A stretch of 64,000 nucleotides of DNA from Escherichia phage LH2, in the sequence record OQ378934.1. The stretch is one strand, 5' to 3'. The translations under genes were made by a program, and so were the position numbers. The stretch's first letter is position 1. Each line of letters begins with the position of its first letter. Positions 36,309 through 49,141 of the stretch are shown here, piece after piece. The notes under the pieces are model-generated. The model saw nothing but the letters and a program-made list of their open reading frames with translations, did no database searches and was not told the DNA's origin.

Positions 36309-36324
36309 GGGGCCTTGCGGCCCC
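36309..36324 (-). terminator. hairpin terminator between wac and gene 13
   Basis: GGGGCCTTGCGGCCCC followed on the minus strand by a T-run. Confidence 0.45.
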
Positions 36325-36327
36325 ATG

Positions 36328-37791
36328 TTATGCTGGTGATAAAAAGGTAGAAAGTAATACCCATTCGCCGTCTTTACGAACGTAAGCTTGACCATCTTTT
36401 GGAGCTTCAGGAATATAACCTGCTTCTTGTAGAGCTTGAACATCACCTTGCAGAGAAGATATACTACCTTTGGCTGTATTCACTTCTTGTGTAACTGATG
36501 CAATGTTGGTTTCGTTAGCTTTTATTGAATTGGTTAATCCACGTTCTTCGACAGTTGAACCGTTTGGATTAGTTCCATTTACTAAAGTATTTAACGCTAC
36601 AACTTGCCCTTTAATTCCTGTGCTGTTATTACCAATCTCTACTTGTAGGTTCTGAACATCGTTGTTCAAGCTTGAAACAGAAGTTTCAATTGTAGAAACT
36701 CGGTTTAAAAGAGACCCAGGAGGAGAAGGTTGTCCACCGCTAGAATCAGTTCCAACAATTTGGTTTAACCACGAAACATTCGCTCTTAAACCGGATGAAG
36801 TGTTTTCACCGACGATTCCATTTAGAGCTTCGATTGAAGTTTTATTATCTTTGATTTGGCCTTTAATACTCGAAGGAATATCATCTGAACCAATAGAAGT
36901 TTCAATAACGGTTAAACGCTGTTTAATACCTCCACTTTGATTTAGCTCTAAATTGATAGATGCAATATTATTAGTGTTTGTATTAACACTCGTAATAATC
37001 GAATTATTTCCTGGATATCCTATTGAGGTCTTAATAGCACTAATGTCAGATTCAACTGTTGTCTGTTTAGTGTCAATTTCATTTAAGCGGCTGTAAACGG
37101 TTTGTGAAAACGATGGTGGTTTTGGTCCAAGCTCTTCACGAAGATTACCAACTTCAATAGTTAAAGAACCTACATCAGATTCAATAAATTTTGTTTCTAA
37201 TTCGCTTAAACGTATTCCCTGTGAAGTGATGACATCAGTATTATTAATAATGCGATGCTTCATTCCTGTGCTAGGATTTCCTACAACAGGAAGACCATTA
37301 ATATCTTGGCCTGTATATTGCCCAAGTTCACGCTTTATCCACAGTAAATCATTTCTGATCGTTCTGTATACAGAGTTGGCCTCGGAGTTAAATGGACCAA
37401 TATCAGCAAGAATGCTGTCAACCGTACTATTAGTTCCATTTAATATTTCTGTATGTTCACTGGTTAGCGTTTTAAGGTCAGAAATATCCTTTTTATTGAT
37501 ACTTATTTGGGCCAAAGCTTCAATATCACCAGATACATCTAAGATGCCCTGAATTGTTTTAATATCGCTATTCGCGGATTCTAAAGATGTTTTAAGTATT
37601 CCAATGTTTTTATCAAGAACTTCAACATTTCTTAGTATAGAAACTGTAGGTCTATTCATTGAGCCTTCACTTCCATACTGTGTGTCAGCTCCTAATATTT
37701 CTTCGCCGTTTTTAATCCAGGAAATGCGGCTCTGGCCCTCTGCAGGAGGGCCGTCAACGAATGGTAAGTCATTCAGTACAATATCTGTCAT
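36328..37791 (-). CDS. wac: fibritin (whisker antigen control)
   Basis: 487 aa; heptad-repeat coiled coil with foldon-like C-terminus ([27 protein letters not shown]). Confidence 0.9.
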   Translation of the reverse strand: MTDIVLNDLPFVDGPPAEGQSRISWIKNGEEILGADTQYGSEGSMNRPTVSILRNVEVLDKNIGILKTSLESANSDIKTIQGILDVSGDIEALAQISINKKDISDLKTLTSEHTEILNGTNSTVDSILADIGPFNSEANSVYRTIRNDLLWIKRELGQYTGQDINGLPVVGNPSTGMKHRIINNTDVITSQGIRLSELETKFIESDVGSLTIEVGNLREELGPKPPSFSQTVYSRLNEIDTKQTTVESDISAIKTSIGYPGNNSIITSVNTNTNNIASINLELNQSGGIKQRLTVIETSIGSDDIPSSIKGQIKDNKTSIEALNGIVGENTSSGLRANVSWLNQIVGTDSSGGQPSPPGSLLNRVSTIETSVSSLNNDVQNLQVEIGNNSTGIKGQVVALNTLVNGTNPNGSTVEERGLTNSIKANETNIASVTQEVNTAKGSISSLQGDVQALQEAGYIPEAPKDGQAYVRKDGEWVLLSTFLSPA

Positions 37792-39371
37792 TCTTTTACC
37801 TTAATTATGTAGTTTAAAGAAATGTTCCATGGACGTGTTTCATTTCCAATTAATTCAGGACGATTTAGTGTATATTTGGAATTTCGTTGTGATGCTGGGT
37901 CGATTTCATATCCATCATTGGTGAAGTATGAACGGTTATCCCAGTCAAGTCCTTTACGAGTACCAACAAAGTTTGAACGACGAGTATTACCAAATGCACC
38001 GGAATCGTCACCTTCACCAAAACCGCCAGCATGCTTATGATATGACATCTGTTGTTTTTGCACTTCACCAACATATCCACCGGTACAACCTACCGCCAGA
38101 CGAGGCTTACCGAATTGGTCATTACCATTAACATTAGGGTTAGTTAAATGGATACCACGACCTGAGCCGCGAACAAATAATCCACGCATATCAGGCAAGC
38201 CTGGGTTAGAAGAACTACCACCATATCGTGTCCCAATTCTGGAAGCATATAATGGGCAATCCGACGCAGAAACAGTTCCGCCATGACAGAAGCGCCAAGC
38301 ATCACTAGGAAGACTATCTGCCGCCCACATCATAATAGCTCCGACAGGAATAGTTCTATCTATTTCATTCTGTGTTACAACACGCTTACCTTGAATATAA
38401 CCACCGGTCATGTTAACTGTTCCGGTAATATTTGCTCCACCTGAAGCTATTGTAAGCGTATTATTAATGCGAAGTGTTCCATTAATCGTTTGACCACCTC
38501 TTTGGTGGATAACATCAGCATTCCAAGCTAATGCTGATGAAGAATCACCTCCACTCTGTGAGCCGGCGGTTGTAGTTAATTTAACTACGCCTCTCATTGA
38601 CGTTGTAGAACCACGACCATTAAGAGTTGCGCCAGTAACCGCAACAGAAGCATTATTCGAGTTAACTTCTGATTGTGTTCCTAATTTAATTACGCCTTTA
38701 TATTCTTCAGTAGCAGATGAATTCATAAACGTATAAGGAGAAATTGCATAGCCTTCTCTCAAAGTTCCCTGACGAACCTGCGCTACTGTTGCTAATTGAA
38801 CAACACCTTGGTCCGATTCGGTAGCTGTGGTTTCAGAAGGAGCAATTTGCGCAATTAATTTAATAGCTAACTGCTGTGTTTTTAATGGAGTCATTGCAGT
38901 AGTATCATCTGCACCAGCTAATGCTTGCGGTAGAGATGAAATTTTAATAACACCATTCGAGGATTCAGTTGAAACACGAGTTTCAAAAGCATTATTAAGA
39001 GCAACAGTAAATTTAGCTGGAGTTATAGAAGATTCATTATTAACTCCGGCAATGGCTTCATCATTGGTTGAATATCTTGTTAATCCGTAAACAGTTTCAG
39101 TTGCATTTGGATAAGATAATCTTGTTGCCAACGTTGCTGGTGTAACTGCTTTGGTATTATTAGTTCCATCTATAACTTCCTGTTCAGTGGCAAGAAATAA
39201 AATTCCCTTTGTTGTTGACGATGCATCAGGAACTCCATTTACGCCAGCAGGAGAAATGGCTGCTATAGCAGCCTGAACATCAGTAATCTCTGGTGGAAAA
39301 TTCGTATCAGTAGGATCAAATTTTACATAACGAGATTCATTAGAAACGTGTTGGTATGTATTATTACTCAT
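37788..39371 (-). CDS. 12: short tail fibre gp12
   Basis: 527 aa as in T4. Confidence 0.85.
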   Translation of the reverse strand: MSNNTYQHVSNESRYVKFDPTDTNFPPEITDVQAAIAAISPAGVNGVPDASSTTKGILFLATEQEVIDGTNNTKAVTPATLATRLSYPNATETVYGLTRYSTNDEAIAGVNNESSITPAKFTVALNNAFETRVSTESSNGVIKISSLPQALAGADDTTAMTPLKTQQLAIKLIAQIAPSETTATESDQGVVQLATVAQVRQGTLREGYAISPYTFMNSSATEEYKGVIKLGTQSEVNSNNASVAVTGATLNGRGSTTSMRGVVKLTTTAGSQSGGDSSSALAWNADVIHQRGGQTINGTLRINNTLTIASGGANITGTVNMTGGYIQGKRVVTQNEIDRTIPVGAIMMWAADSLPSDAWRFCHGGTVSASDCPLYASRIGTRYGGSSSNPGLPDMRGLFVRGSGRGIHLTNPNVNGNDQFGKPRLAVGCTGGYVGEVQKQQMSYHKHAGGFGEGDDSGAFGNTRRSNFVGTRKGLDWDNRSYFTNDGYEIDPASQRNSKYTLNRPELIGNETRPWNISLNYIIKVKE

Positions 39372-40027
39372 GCTGTTCTCTCAAAATGATAAAGTACTAT
39401 TGGAGTTTGCTGATTATCTAAAGTTACAGTTTGTGCACCAAGCAAATTCCATGTGCCATATCCAGGCTTAGATTCTGAAATAATTTCTTGGGAAATAGTT
39501 ATTCCATATGTGGAATATGTGCTTAATACATGTTTTTGATTATCTAAATAAGTAACTTCTAATTTACTACCATCGGTTGGATGGTCTTTATATGAATTGA
39601 TAGCAGTAAATGACGCAATAGCTTCTTGCAAGGCAACACGAACTTTGGCGACAAACTCAATAGCTGTCATTCCAGTTGTTGCTGAAACTGGAAGACCGAA
39701 TACTAATACAGTAACAGGAGAACCAGGAGGAAGCGAATCATCTGTCACAGTTCCTGAAAATGCCCAATAATCAGTTTGAGAAACACCCTCAGGAGAAACA
39801 CCAGTTTTATTAGTAATAATTGTACCAACGTCTTTTATAGAAAAATTATGAACATCATTAATAGCTGATTCTACATTTGGTTCATAAAATCCTTTCGCTA
39901 ATTGAGAAATTGTCACTGACCCAACTGATTGACGATTCATTACATCGATGTCGCCAGTTTTAGGTCTAAAACCAAGAAAATCGGCTAAGCGGGAAATAAC
40001 TCCCGCTTTATTATTAAGTAAACTCAT
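39368..40027 (-). CDS. 11: baseplate wedge protein gp11
   Basis: 219 aa from ATG; ORF-track extension to 40045 is a 5' over-call; start overlaps the gene 10 stop (TAATG). Confidence 0.8.
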   Translation of the reverse strand: MSLLNNKAGVISRLADFLGFRPKTGDIDVMNRQSVGSVTISQLAKGFYEPNVESAINDVHNFSIKDVGTIITNKTGVSPEGVSQTDYWAFSGTVTDDSLPPGSPVTVLVFGLPVSATTGMTAIEFVAKVRVALQEAIASFTAINSYKDHPTDGSKLEVTYLDNQKHVLSTYSTYGITISQEIISESKPGYGTWNLLGAQTVTLDNQQTPIVLYHFERTA

Positions 40028-41835
40028 TATGCAATCCTTATCCAACGATAAACTGTAATATATGGTTGAATGTTAGTTATTGATGTTGGCGGAGTGTGAG
40101 TAGAGTTAGTAGATGCTTTAGCTTCACGGTATTTCGTGTAAACTGGACCGGATTCATCTGGATCGTATTGACATCCACCAACAATGACTGATCCATTTTC
40201 ATCAACTATTAGAACTTCTTCATCTGTTTCAGTTGCAGGAAGATTAGCATTTTCCAATGTAACAGAAGTAGAACCACCTGTTCCACCTGCAGTATGTGAA
40301 GGATTTCCACCCGAATCTAAATCGTTGTTATTTAGAGCAAAGTTAGGGTCCGAAATATCTTCATTCCATCCAACTAAAACTTTTCCTTGCCCAAATAATT
40401 TCCATGAGCCGAATCCCATATATGTAACAGGGTTATTTGGATTAACAGCGTTTTCATATATAGTTCCGATAGGATAAATCGTATCAAAGATATTTGAAAC
40501 AGCGTTAAATTCGCGTTGATAGGATTGAACTGCTTCTACATTTGGCCAACCAATTTTATCGAAGTCTGTTAAATTTACATCGCCAGAAATATCTACTCCT
40601 GGTCCTTGCGATACATAGAGATTATCAGTTTCATCAATAATCTCATCTTTTGTTAATAATGTGCCTAAATCATTATTAAACCAGGTGATATTGATAATGT
40701 CGCCATGCTCAAATACTCTATCGAAATGTAAAATTTCTGGTATGCCGTTTTCATCAGTTTCAATTGAATAATCGGTATGAGATTGTTCCCAAGTTCCACC
40801 TAAAACAGAGCATTCTACTTCGTCGTCTGAATCAGCACCAACACAATGAAATAATGGCATTCCAACTGTTCCAGCCAATTCTTGTAAAATTCCATTAAAA
40901 CGGACCTCAAGAGAATTAGGATTAATAGGTTCACCTGGAATTAATCCAAAAGCTGAAAATGGAATTGATTTCATTGTTGATAAATCAGTAACGTAAATGC
41001 TTCCTTCTAAAGAAGTTTTTGACGTTAATTTTGAATCTAACAATCTAATTTGACGTCTTGTATATGAACTTCTCCATTGTGATACACCATCCATAAATGT
41101 TTCAATTTGAACAGTGTCACCAATATTACAAGGCTGTCTTAATCGAATATTAAATCCATCAAGAGGAACTAGTTCTCCTTCATTTTCGCCCGGAGAGCCA
41201 AAATCGCTGTTTTCACTAAATACATCGCCATAATACAATTCGTTACCACGATGTTTTACTCTGATGTTATTTACATTATAGCTAGTTCCACGGAAAACAT
41301 CTAAAAAGTCTGTTTGTCCTTGGACTTCAACTAAAAATTCTTTACGAGCTACATTACTAATGTCTGAACTGGTAATTTTGTCAATTTGCTTATTTTTGAC
41401 ATATTCCCAACGTCCTGGGGCGCAATACACTAATTCCAAATCACTGAATTGAACATTAATTTCAACTGGTACTGCAGACCCTTTAATCGTATCACCAGAA
41501 GCAGCTACTAATGTAACTGGGTTGACGTTCCATGTAGCAAATACGTCTCTAGCTCTAATTACCTTGTTGTAATCATTAACTGTTCCTTTTGGAAGATTTA
41601 TAGTCACTCTTCCAGAAGAGGTATTAATAGCGTATGATTTTCCCCATTCAGCTTTTAGTGTTTGCCCAGATGAAGCATCATAAGTTTTCCAGGCACCAGC
41701 TGAATATGGAACGTCTCCATCACCGAGCTCGTAATAAAGCTCATCAAAGTTTTCATTTATTTTTATACCACCTTTACGCAGGTAGTCACCGGTACCATCA
41801 TCTACAACATTACCGATATTAATATTTTGTTTCAT
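40027..41835 (-). CDS. 10: baseplate wedge protein gp10
   Basis: 602 aa as in T4. Confidence 0.85.
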   Translation of the reverse strand: MKQNINIGNVVDDGTGDYLRKGGIKINENFDELYYELGDGDVPYSAGAWKTYDASSGQTLKAEWGKSYAINTSSGRVTINLPKGTVNDYNKVIRARDVFATWNVNPVTLVAASGDTIKGSAVPVEINVQFSDLELVYCAPGRWEYVKNKQIDKITSSDISNVARKEFLVEVQGQTDFLDVFRGTSYNVNNIRVKHRGNELYYGDVFSENSDFGSPGENEGELVPLDGFNIRLRQPCNIGDTVQIETFMDGVSQWRSSYTRRQIRLLDSKLTSKTSLEGSIYVTDLSTMKSIPFSAFGLIPGEPINPNSLEVRFNGILQELAGTVGMPLFHCVGADSDDEVECSVLGGTWEQSHTDYSIETDENGIPEILHFDRVFEHGDIINITWFNNDLGTLLTKDEIIDETDNLYVSQGPGVDISGDVNLTDFDKIGWPNVEAVQSYQREFNAVSNIFDTIYPIGTIYENAVNPNNPVTYMGFGSWKLFGQGKVLVGWNEDISDPNFALNNNDLDSGGNPSHTAGGTGGSTSVTLENANLPATETDEEVLIVDENGSVIVGGCQYDPDESGPVYTKYREAKASTNSTHTPPTSITNIQPYITVYRWIRIA

Positions 41836-42701
41836 TATTGAGCCACCCCGATTTTCTGCGTAGCGATAACTTTAACTGCTGCTCTCATACCGACAGTTGA
41901 AGAACTTATAGTCGCCGTTACATAGTTTTCTTTAATACTAAATGCAATATTAGCGATTTCGTCTTCTTCGGTTTCATTCCCAACTCGCATGACAGCATAT
42001 TCAGAAGAAATGACCTCTGAATTGACAGTATCCACAAGAATATTTATTTCTGCCGTTTTAATTTTTCTTCCATCTACTGATTGGCACGTAACTAGCAATT
42101 TAGCCATATTGTATTCAGTACGATGAAATAGTGGAATATCAACTGATCCGGATGTAGAAATATTCCATGTACCTTCAGCTGGTGATTCCTTTTGTCCAAA
42201 CATACTTTCAATAGAATAATTCCAAACCGATGTAGAATTATCAGATGAAATACAGCGTAAAGTTACTTTACTATATGGGCTAGTTACTACCAAATTACCT
42301 GAAACGCCTTTAATTGAATCAATAGCTTGAATTGTCAAAGGATTAGTAACTGATATTGATCCATTAGAGTTAATGAATTCAACACAGTCGCCAAGTTCGC
42401 CTCTTTCAATGATAACTTTAACACCTACAGTAGAGGTATCAATATCATGCCTAGTGCCAACTTTTACTGGAGTTGCATACTCTGCGATAGTGTGTTTTTG
42501 ATAATATCCAGTAGCATGGATAATTTGACCATCTGCTCCAGTGCCATTTGCTACTGCCATTTTACGCTGATCGCCAAACGCATTATAAATTGCGTTAAAA
42601 TCACTATTAATTTTATTACCACCGTCGAATAAGATATCACCAGTAGAAGCGTTACCAATTTCGCCGGTATCAATCAATTTCTTTGGTTCTTGAATGAACA
42701 T
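41835..42701 (-). CDS. 9: baseplate wedge / long-tail-fibre socket protein gp9
   Basis: 288 aa as in T4. Confidence 0.85.
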   Translation of the reverse strand: MFIQEPKKLIDTGEIGNASTGDILFDGGNKINSDFNAIYNAFGDQRKMAVANGTGADGQIIHATGYYQKHTIAEYATPVKVGTRHDIDTSTVGVKVIIERGELGDCVEFINSNGSISVTNPLTIQAIDSIKGVSGNLVVTSPYSKVTLRCISSDNSTSVWNYSIESMFGQKESPAEGTWNISTSGSVDIPLFHRTEYNMAKLLVTCQSVDGRKIKTAEINILVDTVNSEVISSEYAVMRVGNETEEDEIANIAFSIKENYVTATISSSTVGMRAAVKVIATQKIGVAQ

Positions 42702-42725
42702 AGCGGTTTCCTTATGAGTTTATAG

Positions 42726-42733
42726 TATTTATA
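42726..42733 (-). promoter_or_regulatory. late promoter for gene 9
   Basis: TATTTATA on plus strand, 25 nt upstream of the ATG. Confidence 0.45.
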
Positions 42734-42740
42734 AAGAAAA

Positions 42741-42760
42741 AGGGAGCCCATGGGCTCCCT
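42741..42760. terminator. palindromic hairpin between gene 8 and gene 9
   Basis: AGGGAGCCCATGGGCTCCCT, a perfect palindrome. Confidence 0.5.
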
Positions 42761-42764
42761 TAAT

Positions 42765-43769
42765 TTAAAATGTAAACAGAATATTGATTTCTTCTGTTTG
42801 ATCCATTGCCATGATAATAGGTGGCCTATTTTCCATATAAATCATTTCGCCCGAATGCCTCATTAAATCTTCCGGATCATAATAATCCTTTTCAGCTTTA
42901 ACGTTTGGGTCATTTGGATGAGCTTTAGCTTCAAGAGGATTCGTGATTATTGATATTTGTCTAAATCCTTTATTTCCTGGCAATGCAGCTTCAGGAAAAT
43001 AAACTGAATCTAAATATGCTTTAAAACGGATAGTATTTGCCTTAACACGGTAAATTAATCCAAAATCATCTTGTTGCCAAGTGAGATTATCTTCATACCC
43101 CCATCTAGTCGGGTCTTCTTTTAATTCCTCAGGCCAAGGAACCACGATATATTCATTTGTGCATCTATTTATAGATACATCAGGCGGAATCTCAAATAGA
43201 TATTCCCACACATACCCGTCTCCTGGTTCAATTGTTCCTTCAGCATCTCCTCGGCCTTCAGGCGGAGTCATTGACCTAGCAGAAGGAGTCCATTTTCCAC
43301 CTAACTTAAGGCATTCATCTTTATCAGTTAAAGATGCGATTGAACACATTCCGGTATCAGGAACATCTAAACAGCGATATACTAACCAGCCTGCGCCTGA
43401 TTCAGTAGCGTTGTAAGGAGCTGAGTTACACACTACAATGTCATTAATTCTAAATGTGTATGGATCAGGATATCGAGTATCTCCCCAATCTCTACGAGGA
43501 ATAACTGCATCAAGCATTGATGGAAGAACTTTTACTGTTCCCATCATATGCGTCCACATGTCAGTTACACCTAATACAGAATCAGTGGGATAAGGCGGGG
43601 CAAAGCCCGCCTCATTTTCATTTGATGACCACGGTTCTGATCTTCCAAATGTGATAAAGATAGTGTTTTTATCCGGACCACTTCCAATTGAATTATAAAA
43701 ATTCAACATTTTTTCTGTTCTAAATTTTGAAGTAACTATCGCACGATAGATAACACTTGAATCATTCAT
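42765..43769 (-). CDS. 8: baseplate wedge protein gp8
   Basis: 334 aa as in T4. Confidence 0.85.
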   Translation of the reverse strand: MNDSSVIYRAIVTSKFRTEKMLNFYNSIGSGPDKNTIFITFGRSEPWSSNENEAGFAPPYPTDSVLGVTDMWTHMMGTVKVLPSMLDAVIPRRDWGDTRYPDPYTFRINDIVVCNSAPYNATESGAGWLVYRCLDVPDTGMCSIASLTDKDECLKLGGKWTPSARSMTPPEGRGDAEGTIEPGDGYVWEYLFEIPPDVSINRCTNEYIVVPWPEELKEDPTRWGYEDNLTWQQDDFGLIYRVKANTIRFKAYLDSVYFPEAALPGNKGFRQISIITNPLEAKAHPNDPNVKAEKDYYDPEDLMRHSGEMIYMENRPPIIMAMDQTEEINILFTF

Positions 43770-46700
43770 CTATTTTAACCTGTGTTGGATTTTCAGGGTC
43801 TCTTGGATTTCCTATATTATCTTTTAGACGTTTATTAACTAAATCTCTAAATTGCGCAAATGTTGTTCCAGATGCATCAAATAAAGGACTCATTAATTTA
43901 CGTCGTTCAGACGGCAATTGACCTTGAAATATTGAATTATTATTTTCAGCATTATAGTCATCAGGAAGAGGATATTTTACGCCAGCCATTGGGCCAGGCT
44001 CATAAATTGCTTCGCCTGTTACTGAATCATGCTCAATTTCGCCAGTTGGAGTCAATTTAGCTACTCTATCAGCGTATTCAGTAGGCAATCCAGAATCCCA
44101 TTTATAGTTTTTGTATTTATTAATTATAGTCTCTGTATGTTTAAGAGTTAAACCGACATTAATAAACATTGTTAAAAGGGTAATTGCTATAAATCCAAAT
44201 CCTACTGGATGAACAAAACGAATAACGTCAGATTTCCAGCGGGAAGAAGGTAAATTGGATTTAATTTTCATTACATAGTATGATCTACTTCTATTAATAT
44301 AGTCTATATTGTTTTGAAGCAAATCCTTTCCTTTAACGCCACGAATAATTTCGCCTTCAAAACCAGGGAGTCTTTCTGCTTTAACTTCTTGACCAGCAAT
44401 TAATCGTCCCAAAAGATTATGAATAGTTACGGTCCATTGCAATTTACCATTAGAATAGCTTCTTTCTATATAAGTAACATTACATCTTCCTGTAGCTGTA
44501 TAAATCGTTTGTCCTACTAAGTCTTCAGTCAAAGAATCAGATTGAACGATTATATCATATTCAGTACCAGCCCCAGATTCAATTTCAATTTCAACCTCTT
44601 CATTATAAAGAACTTTAAAAAGAAATTTGTATGATGCTTCAATTCCTTTAGTTGAATAAAAATCATAGCTACGTGATTCGAAAAATCTTGCAACAGCATC
44701 ACGTTTGTCAGCATTTAAATAAATGTTTCTTTTATATATCTCTGACCACAAATATTCCCACGCATGCTCTTCTCGTGGATATTTGTTACGAATTAAATTT
44801 CGTAAATTATTATACTGAGTTCCATATCCATCAGAAAGATATTGAATATATGCTTCGCAAAATGCCTCAAAATTCGAATCCTGTAACAAATAAGAATCAG
44901 GCATCATTGTGCCAATCAATGGTCTTAAATCAGGGTCAGCTAATCCACGCTCTTCTTCAGGCGACCAAGGGGTTTCATGCTCTTGGTTTTGTAAAAATGC
45001 TTTTAAAAATACTTCAGTTGGCTTCCAAATAATTTCTACTGTATCTCTCACACGATAGTTAAAATCATAGTAAGAAATTATTTCACCAGAAGCTTTATAG
45101 AAAAGCATCCCAGATGCATATTTTTTAAATCCAGTGAATTTAACATTTGGCATTACTATCGTGCAATCGCCATCGTCCCAATATTCATGAACTAATCTAT
45201 CTGGTGATGTTTCCGGAATATTTTCTATAACTTTAGTGTATTTTAAATCAGCATAAACTACTACAACCCTATCAGAGTTGTTTATCCAACAACGTGTGTT
45301 AGATTTTTTAGACCAGTTAAAGAATGGTTCAGCGTAGTATTTCATCGGCTGAGGAGTAAAAGTTTCCCAATCAGACTTTTCATCTGCTATAAATGCCATC
45401 ATATGATAATGCTTATCAGCTAGCCATTCACGAGGAAATTCATATTTAACAGCGCCAATTAACTGGTATTTTGCTGCAGTTTCAGGGTCATTAACAACAT
45501 TATCACTTAAAAATTTAAAATTACTCGAAGACAGAGAAACTAATTTACCGTCAGTTGACATATTCGCATATCCGGGTTGAATACGTCTTCTTTCTTCTTC
45601 GGTATTACCAAAAACTCTTTTCCATGTTTTTTCGTCATGATTTAAAACATATATTCCTTTATCAGCGGAATCAATTATTTTTGATGTTCTAGGATTAGCA
45701 TTTAATGTTTCAACTTCACCAATAATAAGAGCAAAAACTTTATCACCAACAGAATCCATTTTATAGCATACTGCTTTAGGATTTCCGGTTATAGTCATTG
45801 TGTCAGGTTCAAAAAGTCTTTCCGAATATGTTGGAGATAATGGGTCAGAATCTATAGGTGCATTACTCGTTTTTATGTATCTAACTTTGTCTCTGGCTAC
45901 AACGTAAATGTAATCATCGGTGCAAGTAATAGCTTCTGCAATGCGGTATACATTCGCTGGCAAAGTCGCGTAAGTGGCAAAAATTTCTACATCAAATCCT
46001 AAATGTAACTGGTCGCCAAGTTTAGCAAATGTTATATCCTGTGAACTGAATCTGACATCATCTGCTGACCATCTAACGTCAGTCGATTTACGGCCATAGA
46101 AGACCTTGTCGTATCCTAGAACGTATGTTGTGTTCGCAGATTGGTAATATACAGTCTTAGATAAAGGATATCCTACGCGGTCATTGAAGAGCTTTACGGC
46201 TTTCCAGGTTTGTCCTTTATCATTAGATACTTTAACTACGGGTTGATAGCGCTCAAAAAGATATAGAATCCCTTCTGATTCCATCAAATAAACTCGGTTA
46301 ATATCCTTACATACTTGCTGAATAGAACCTTGTATTTCATGATACTCATTTTCACCAATAATAAAATTACTTATTGATGAAACATCAACATACGATGGGC
46401 TGAATTGAAATGATTCATTCATCAATGCAGCCATTATAGTGTCATTATTAAAATTAACATAATCAGAATTATTAAGAGTAAATTTTTCCTGAATGAATTT
46501 ATTAGCTAATTGCATTTCAATCATGTTTTGAAATGTATAAGCATTTGTAGCAAAAGTTTCAAACTCTTCTGTATAAACCCAATCAGATTGCTCAAAATCT
46601 TGTACAGCTGTAGCTACTCTAATGATGTATGATGTTAGTGGATCAGCATCATCAAAAAAGAAACTATTATTTGCTGTATATCCTAAATTAATCCAACGAT

Positions 46701-46860
46701 ATTGATCGCTCGGGAGATTTTCCCCCGAGTCTGTTTTTGTCTCAGCGATTTCTACAAAATAGTAGAAATTAGCACCAACGTCATCCCAGCGTACTTGCAC
46801 CTGATTTGCGGATAACTTGGAAATTCTGAGACTAGTGACTGAAGGTGCTTTTACTGCCAT
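43762..46860 (-). CDS. 7: baseplate wedge protein gp7
   Basis: 1032 aa as in T4. Confidence 0.85.
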   Translation of the reverse strand: MAVKAPSVTSLRISKLSANQVQVRWDDVGANFYYFVEIAETKTDSGENLPSDQYRWINLGYTANNSFFFDDADPLTSYIIRVATAVQDFEQSDWVYTEEFETFATNAYTFQNMIEMQLANKFIQEKFTLNNSDYVNFNNDTIMAALMNESFQFSPSYVDVSSISNFIIGENEYHEIQGSIQQVCKDINRVYLMESEGILYLFERYQPVVKVSNDKGQTWKAVKLFNDRVGYPLSKTVYYQSANTTYVLGYDKVFYGRKSTDVRWSADDVRFSSQDITFAKLGDQLHLGFDVEIFATYATLPANVYRIAEAITCTDDYIYVVARDKVRYIKTSNAPIDSDPLSPTYSERLFEPDTMTITGNPKAVCYKMDSVGDKVFALIIGEVETLNANPRTSKIIDSADKGIYVLNHDEKTWKRVFGNTEEERRRIQPGYANMSTDGKLVSLSSSNFKFLSDNVVNDPETAAKYQLIGAVKYEFPREWLADKHYHMMAFIADEKSDWETFTPQPMKYYAEPFFNWSKKSNTRCWINNSDRVVVVYADLKYTKVIENIPETSPDRLVHEYWDDGDCTIVMPNVKFTGFKKYASGMLFYKASGEIISYYDFNYRVRDTVEIIWKPTEVFLKAFLQNQEHETPWSPEEERGLADPDLRPLIGTMMPDSYLLQDSNFEAFCEAYIQYLSDGYGTQYNNLRNLIRNKYPREEHAWEYLWSEIYKRNIYLNADKRDAVARFFESRSYDFYSTKGIEASYKFLFKVLYNEEVEIEIESGAGTEYDIIVQSDSLTEDLVGQTIYTATGRCNVTYIERSYSNGKLQWTVTIHNLLGRLIAGQEVKAERLPGFEGEIIRGVKGKDLLQNNIDYINRSRSYYVMKIKSNLPSSRWKSDVIRFVHPVGFGFIAITLLTMFINVGLTLKHTETIINKYKNYKWDSGLPTEYADRVAKLTPTGEIEHDSVTGEAIYEPGPMAGVKYPLPDDYNAENNNSIFQGQLPSERRKLMSPLFDASGTTFAQFRDLVNKRLKDNIGNPRDPENPTQVKIDE

Positions 46861-48839
46861 TGTGATATAGGCTCCAAATCGATAGTTAAGTATTGTGGAC
46901 GTAAGTCATTTTCAAATACAATCAGTGAACCATCGCGAGTAAAGATAACATCATCGGTTGGGTCAGAATATAATTCAATAGTCTGAACTTCAAATTTTTC
47001 AGATGTTAAATTAATTTTAGCGATATTCCAATAAATCACATCAGCTGGATAATTTATTTCACCGATAACATAGTATTTGTCGCGTCCATCAGAATTTGCT
47101 AATTTGTTAAAATCATTGCCTGTATACGGCTGAATGTTTTCATTTTCTGTAACATCGCCAGAAGCAAATGGACCAATAATAACTTTACCAATTCCTTTAG
47201 AATCTCGGTCTGTTGATACTATACGAACGTCATATAATACATCTTCTTCTAAACCAGTATCAGGATTTACAACCTTTCGTCCAGAATTAAATGAAAACGT
47301 ATTAGATTCCATAGAACGATCTTTTATTTGATTATTGTATTTAATACCTGCTTCAGGCGTTTTATAGAAGTTTTGTACTTCACGAACAATTTGAATTGTC
47401 GCTGATGAACCAATGATAGAATGATCTGCATCATCTACATATGTCAACATCTTAGACTTAGCAAAAGACGAGTTAAAAATTTCTACATCTTCGGTATAAT
47501 AACGATCAATTTTATCAATTATTTGACCTTCGAGCCACTGTTCGGATTCTTGCAGTTTATTTAAAGCATATGTGACTTTTAAATTAGTCTTAATAAAAAG
47601 ATAATTAGGAGAAATAATTGATGGCGTAATAGGAGCTAAATTATAGTCTTTGAGATAATTTTTAATATCTTCACGTTGCACAGTAGTTAAATACAATCCT
47701 GATTTAGGTTTAGCAGCAATAAATGCATACCCAGGTTTAGTAGAATCAGTGAAAGTCTGAACAGCTTGAATAATAGAACCAAATCTCTCTGAAACAAATG
47801 TATCGTAGTCAGTCGCAGTTACGCAGCGTTGCTGGGTTTCGCGTTTAATAGTACCCAATTCGCGAATACGCTCAATATCTTCTGGATCACCGCCGCCATC
47901 TGCTCCGACAAAATCTGGGTCGTCGTTTGGATTTTCATTAATATTGATGACAGTTATATTTGTTAATGTATCTGCATATGAAAATCCGACTGCGCCATTC
48001 GCATCAGCGCCATTAGTACTGATGTATTCAATAACAATCGTAGAGTTCTGAGTAGGTTTAAGACCTCCGATATAATTAGCGGTCAAAGCTCCTTCAGAAG
48101 CATTAACAGAAATTTCACCTTCACCAAAATAGAATTCAGTGTTTCCATCAATAGTTTCACGCATATAGTAAATCGTTGATGTTGAACCAGCATGAACCAT
48201 TGACTTTCTCGTCCAGTTAATCCATTCCGCTCCATCAACATATAATTTAACCTGGTTTCTATCAATATTTTTATCATAAATGATAATAGGTGTTAATTTA
48301 TCATAAATGATTTCAGTTCTTACTATACGTCCCTGGGCCAATTTTAAACGTGGAAAATATTGGTTATTTTTATCACGAATAGCAATAACGTCTTCGGTAG
48401 AAACGAAGTTATATGGATTAACAGAAGTATCTTTTGCATATGCTAAAAAGCGAGTTCCGCGAGGAATAGTAATGTAATTCCTATTCAATGCGTCGGTGCA
48501 TGTTAACATAATTTCGGTCTGCGCAGCGGATTTTGAAGTAGGTAAATATCCGTTATCTTGTGCAGCTTGAACAACTGAACTTCGTAAGTTAGCAGTACGC
48601 ATAAAGCTTTCATACACAGCAGCATTACCAAACTGCTGAATGTACAACGTATTATAAGCCAAAAGGTCACACAGAACGTTTAATCTTGAGCCTTCAAAAT
48701 CATAATCCAAAAATTCATTTTGGCCATTAAGCCATTCAATGAGGTTTTGTTTTATTTCAGCAAACGTACCCCCGACGAATATCTCGGGAATAGCATTTGC
48801 TGTTCTTGTTAATTGATAATTTACAGGGGTATTTGCCAT
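46851..48839 (-). CDS. 6: baseplate wedge protein gp6
   Basis: 662 aa (T4 about 660). Confidence 0.85.
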   Translation of the reverse strand: MANTPVNYQLTRTANAIPEIFVGGTFAEIKQNLIEWLNGQNEFLDYDFEGSRLNVLCDLLAYNTLYIQQFGNAAVYESFMRTANLRSSVVQAAQDNGYLPTSKSAAQTEIMLTCTDALNRNYITIPRGTRFLAYAKDTSVNPYNFVSTEDVIAIRDKNNQYFPRLKLAQGRIVRTEIIYDKLTPIIIYDKNIDRNQVKLYVDGAEWINWTRKSMVHAGSTSTIYYMRETIDGNTEFYFGEGEISVNASEGALTANYIGGLKPTQNSTIVIEYISTNGADANGAVGFSYADTLTNITVININENPNDDPDFVGADGGGDPEDIERIRELGTIKRETQQRCVTATDYDTFVSERFGSIIQAVQTFTDSTKPGYAFIAAKPKSGLYLTTVQREDIKNYLKDYNLAPITPSIISPNYLFIKTNLKVTYALNKLQESEQWLEGQIIDKIDRYYTEDVEIFNSSFAKSKMLTYVDDADHSIIGSSATIQIVREVQNFYKTPEAGIKYNNQIKDRSMESNTFSFNSGRKVVNPDTGLEEDVLYDVRIVSTDRDSKGIGKVIIGPFASGDVTENENIQPYTGNDFNKLANSDGRDKYYVIGEINYPADVIYWNIAKINLTSEKFEVQTIELYSDPTDDVIFTRDGSLIVFENDLRPQYLTIDLEPISQWQ

Positions 48840-48847
48840 TTTAAATC

Positions 48848-49141
48848 CTATTTAATGAATACTTTAGATGATGCCTGAGCCACAGTATCACCGCATGATA
48901 TTGGATCAGCCATTTGAACAGCTTTCTTTCCAGTGACATATACCTTAGAAGTTCTAGGTTGTGTCACTCCGCCATGTGTTTCATACGGCTTTTTAATTTC
49001 TGTATGTTCTGTAATTGGATCACCTGCTACGAGAACAGCAATTCCTCCGGTGAATACTTTACTTTGTGTGGCATTCACAACTGTTGGAGGCCATGCTTCA
49101 TGGCCAGCAGTAACACACTTATCGTAACTTAATCCTGACAT
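48848..49141 (-). CDS. 5.4: PAAR-repeat spike-tip protein gp5.4
   Basis: 97 aa; PAAR-like Gly/Val repeats. Confidence 0.8.
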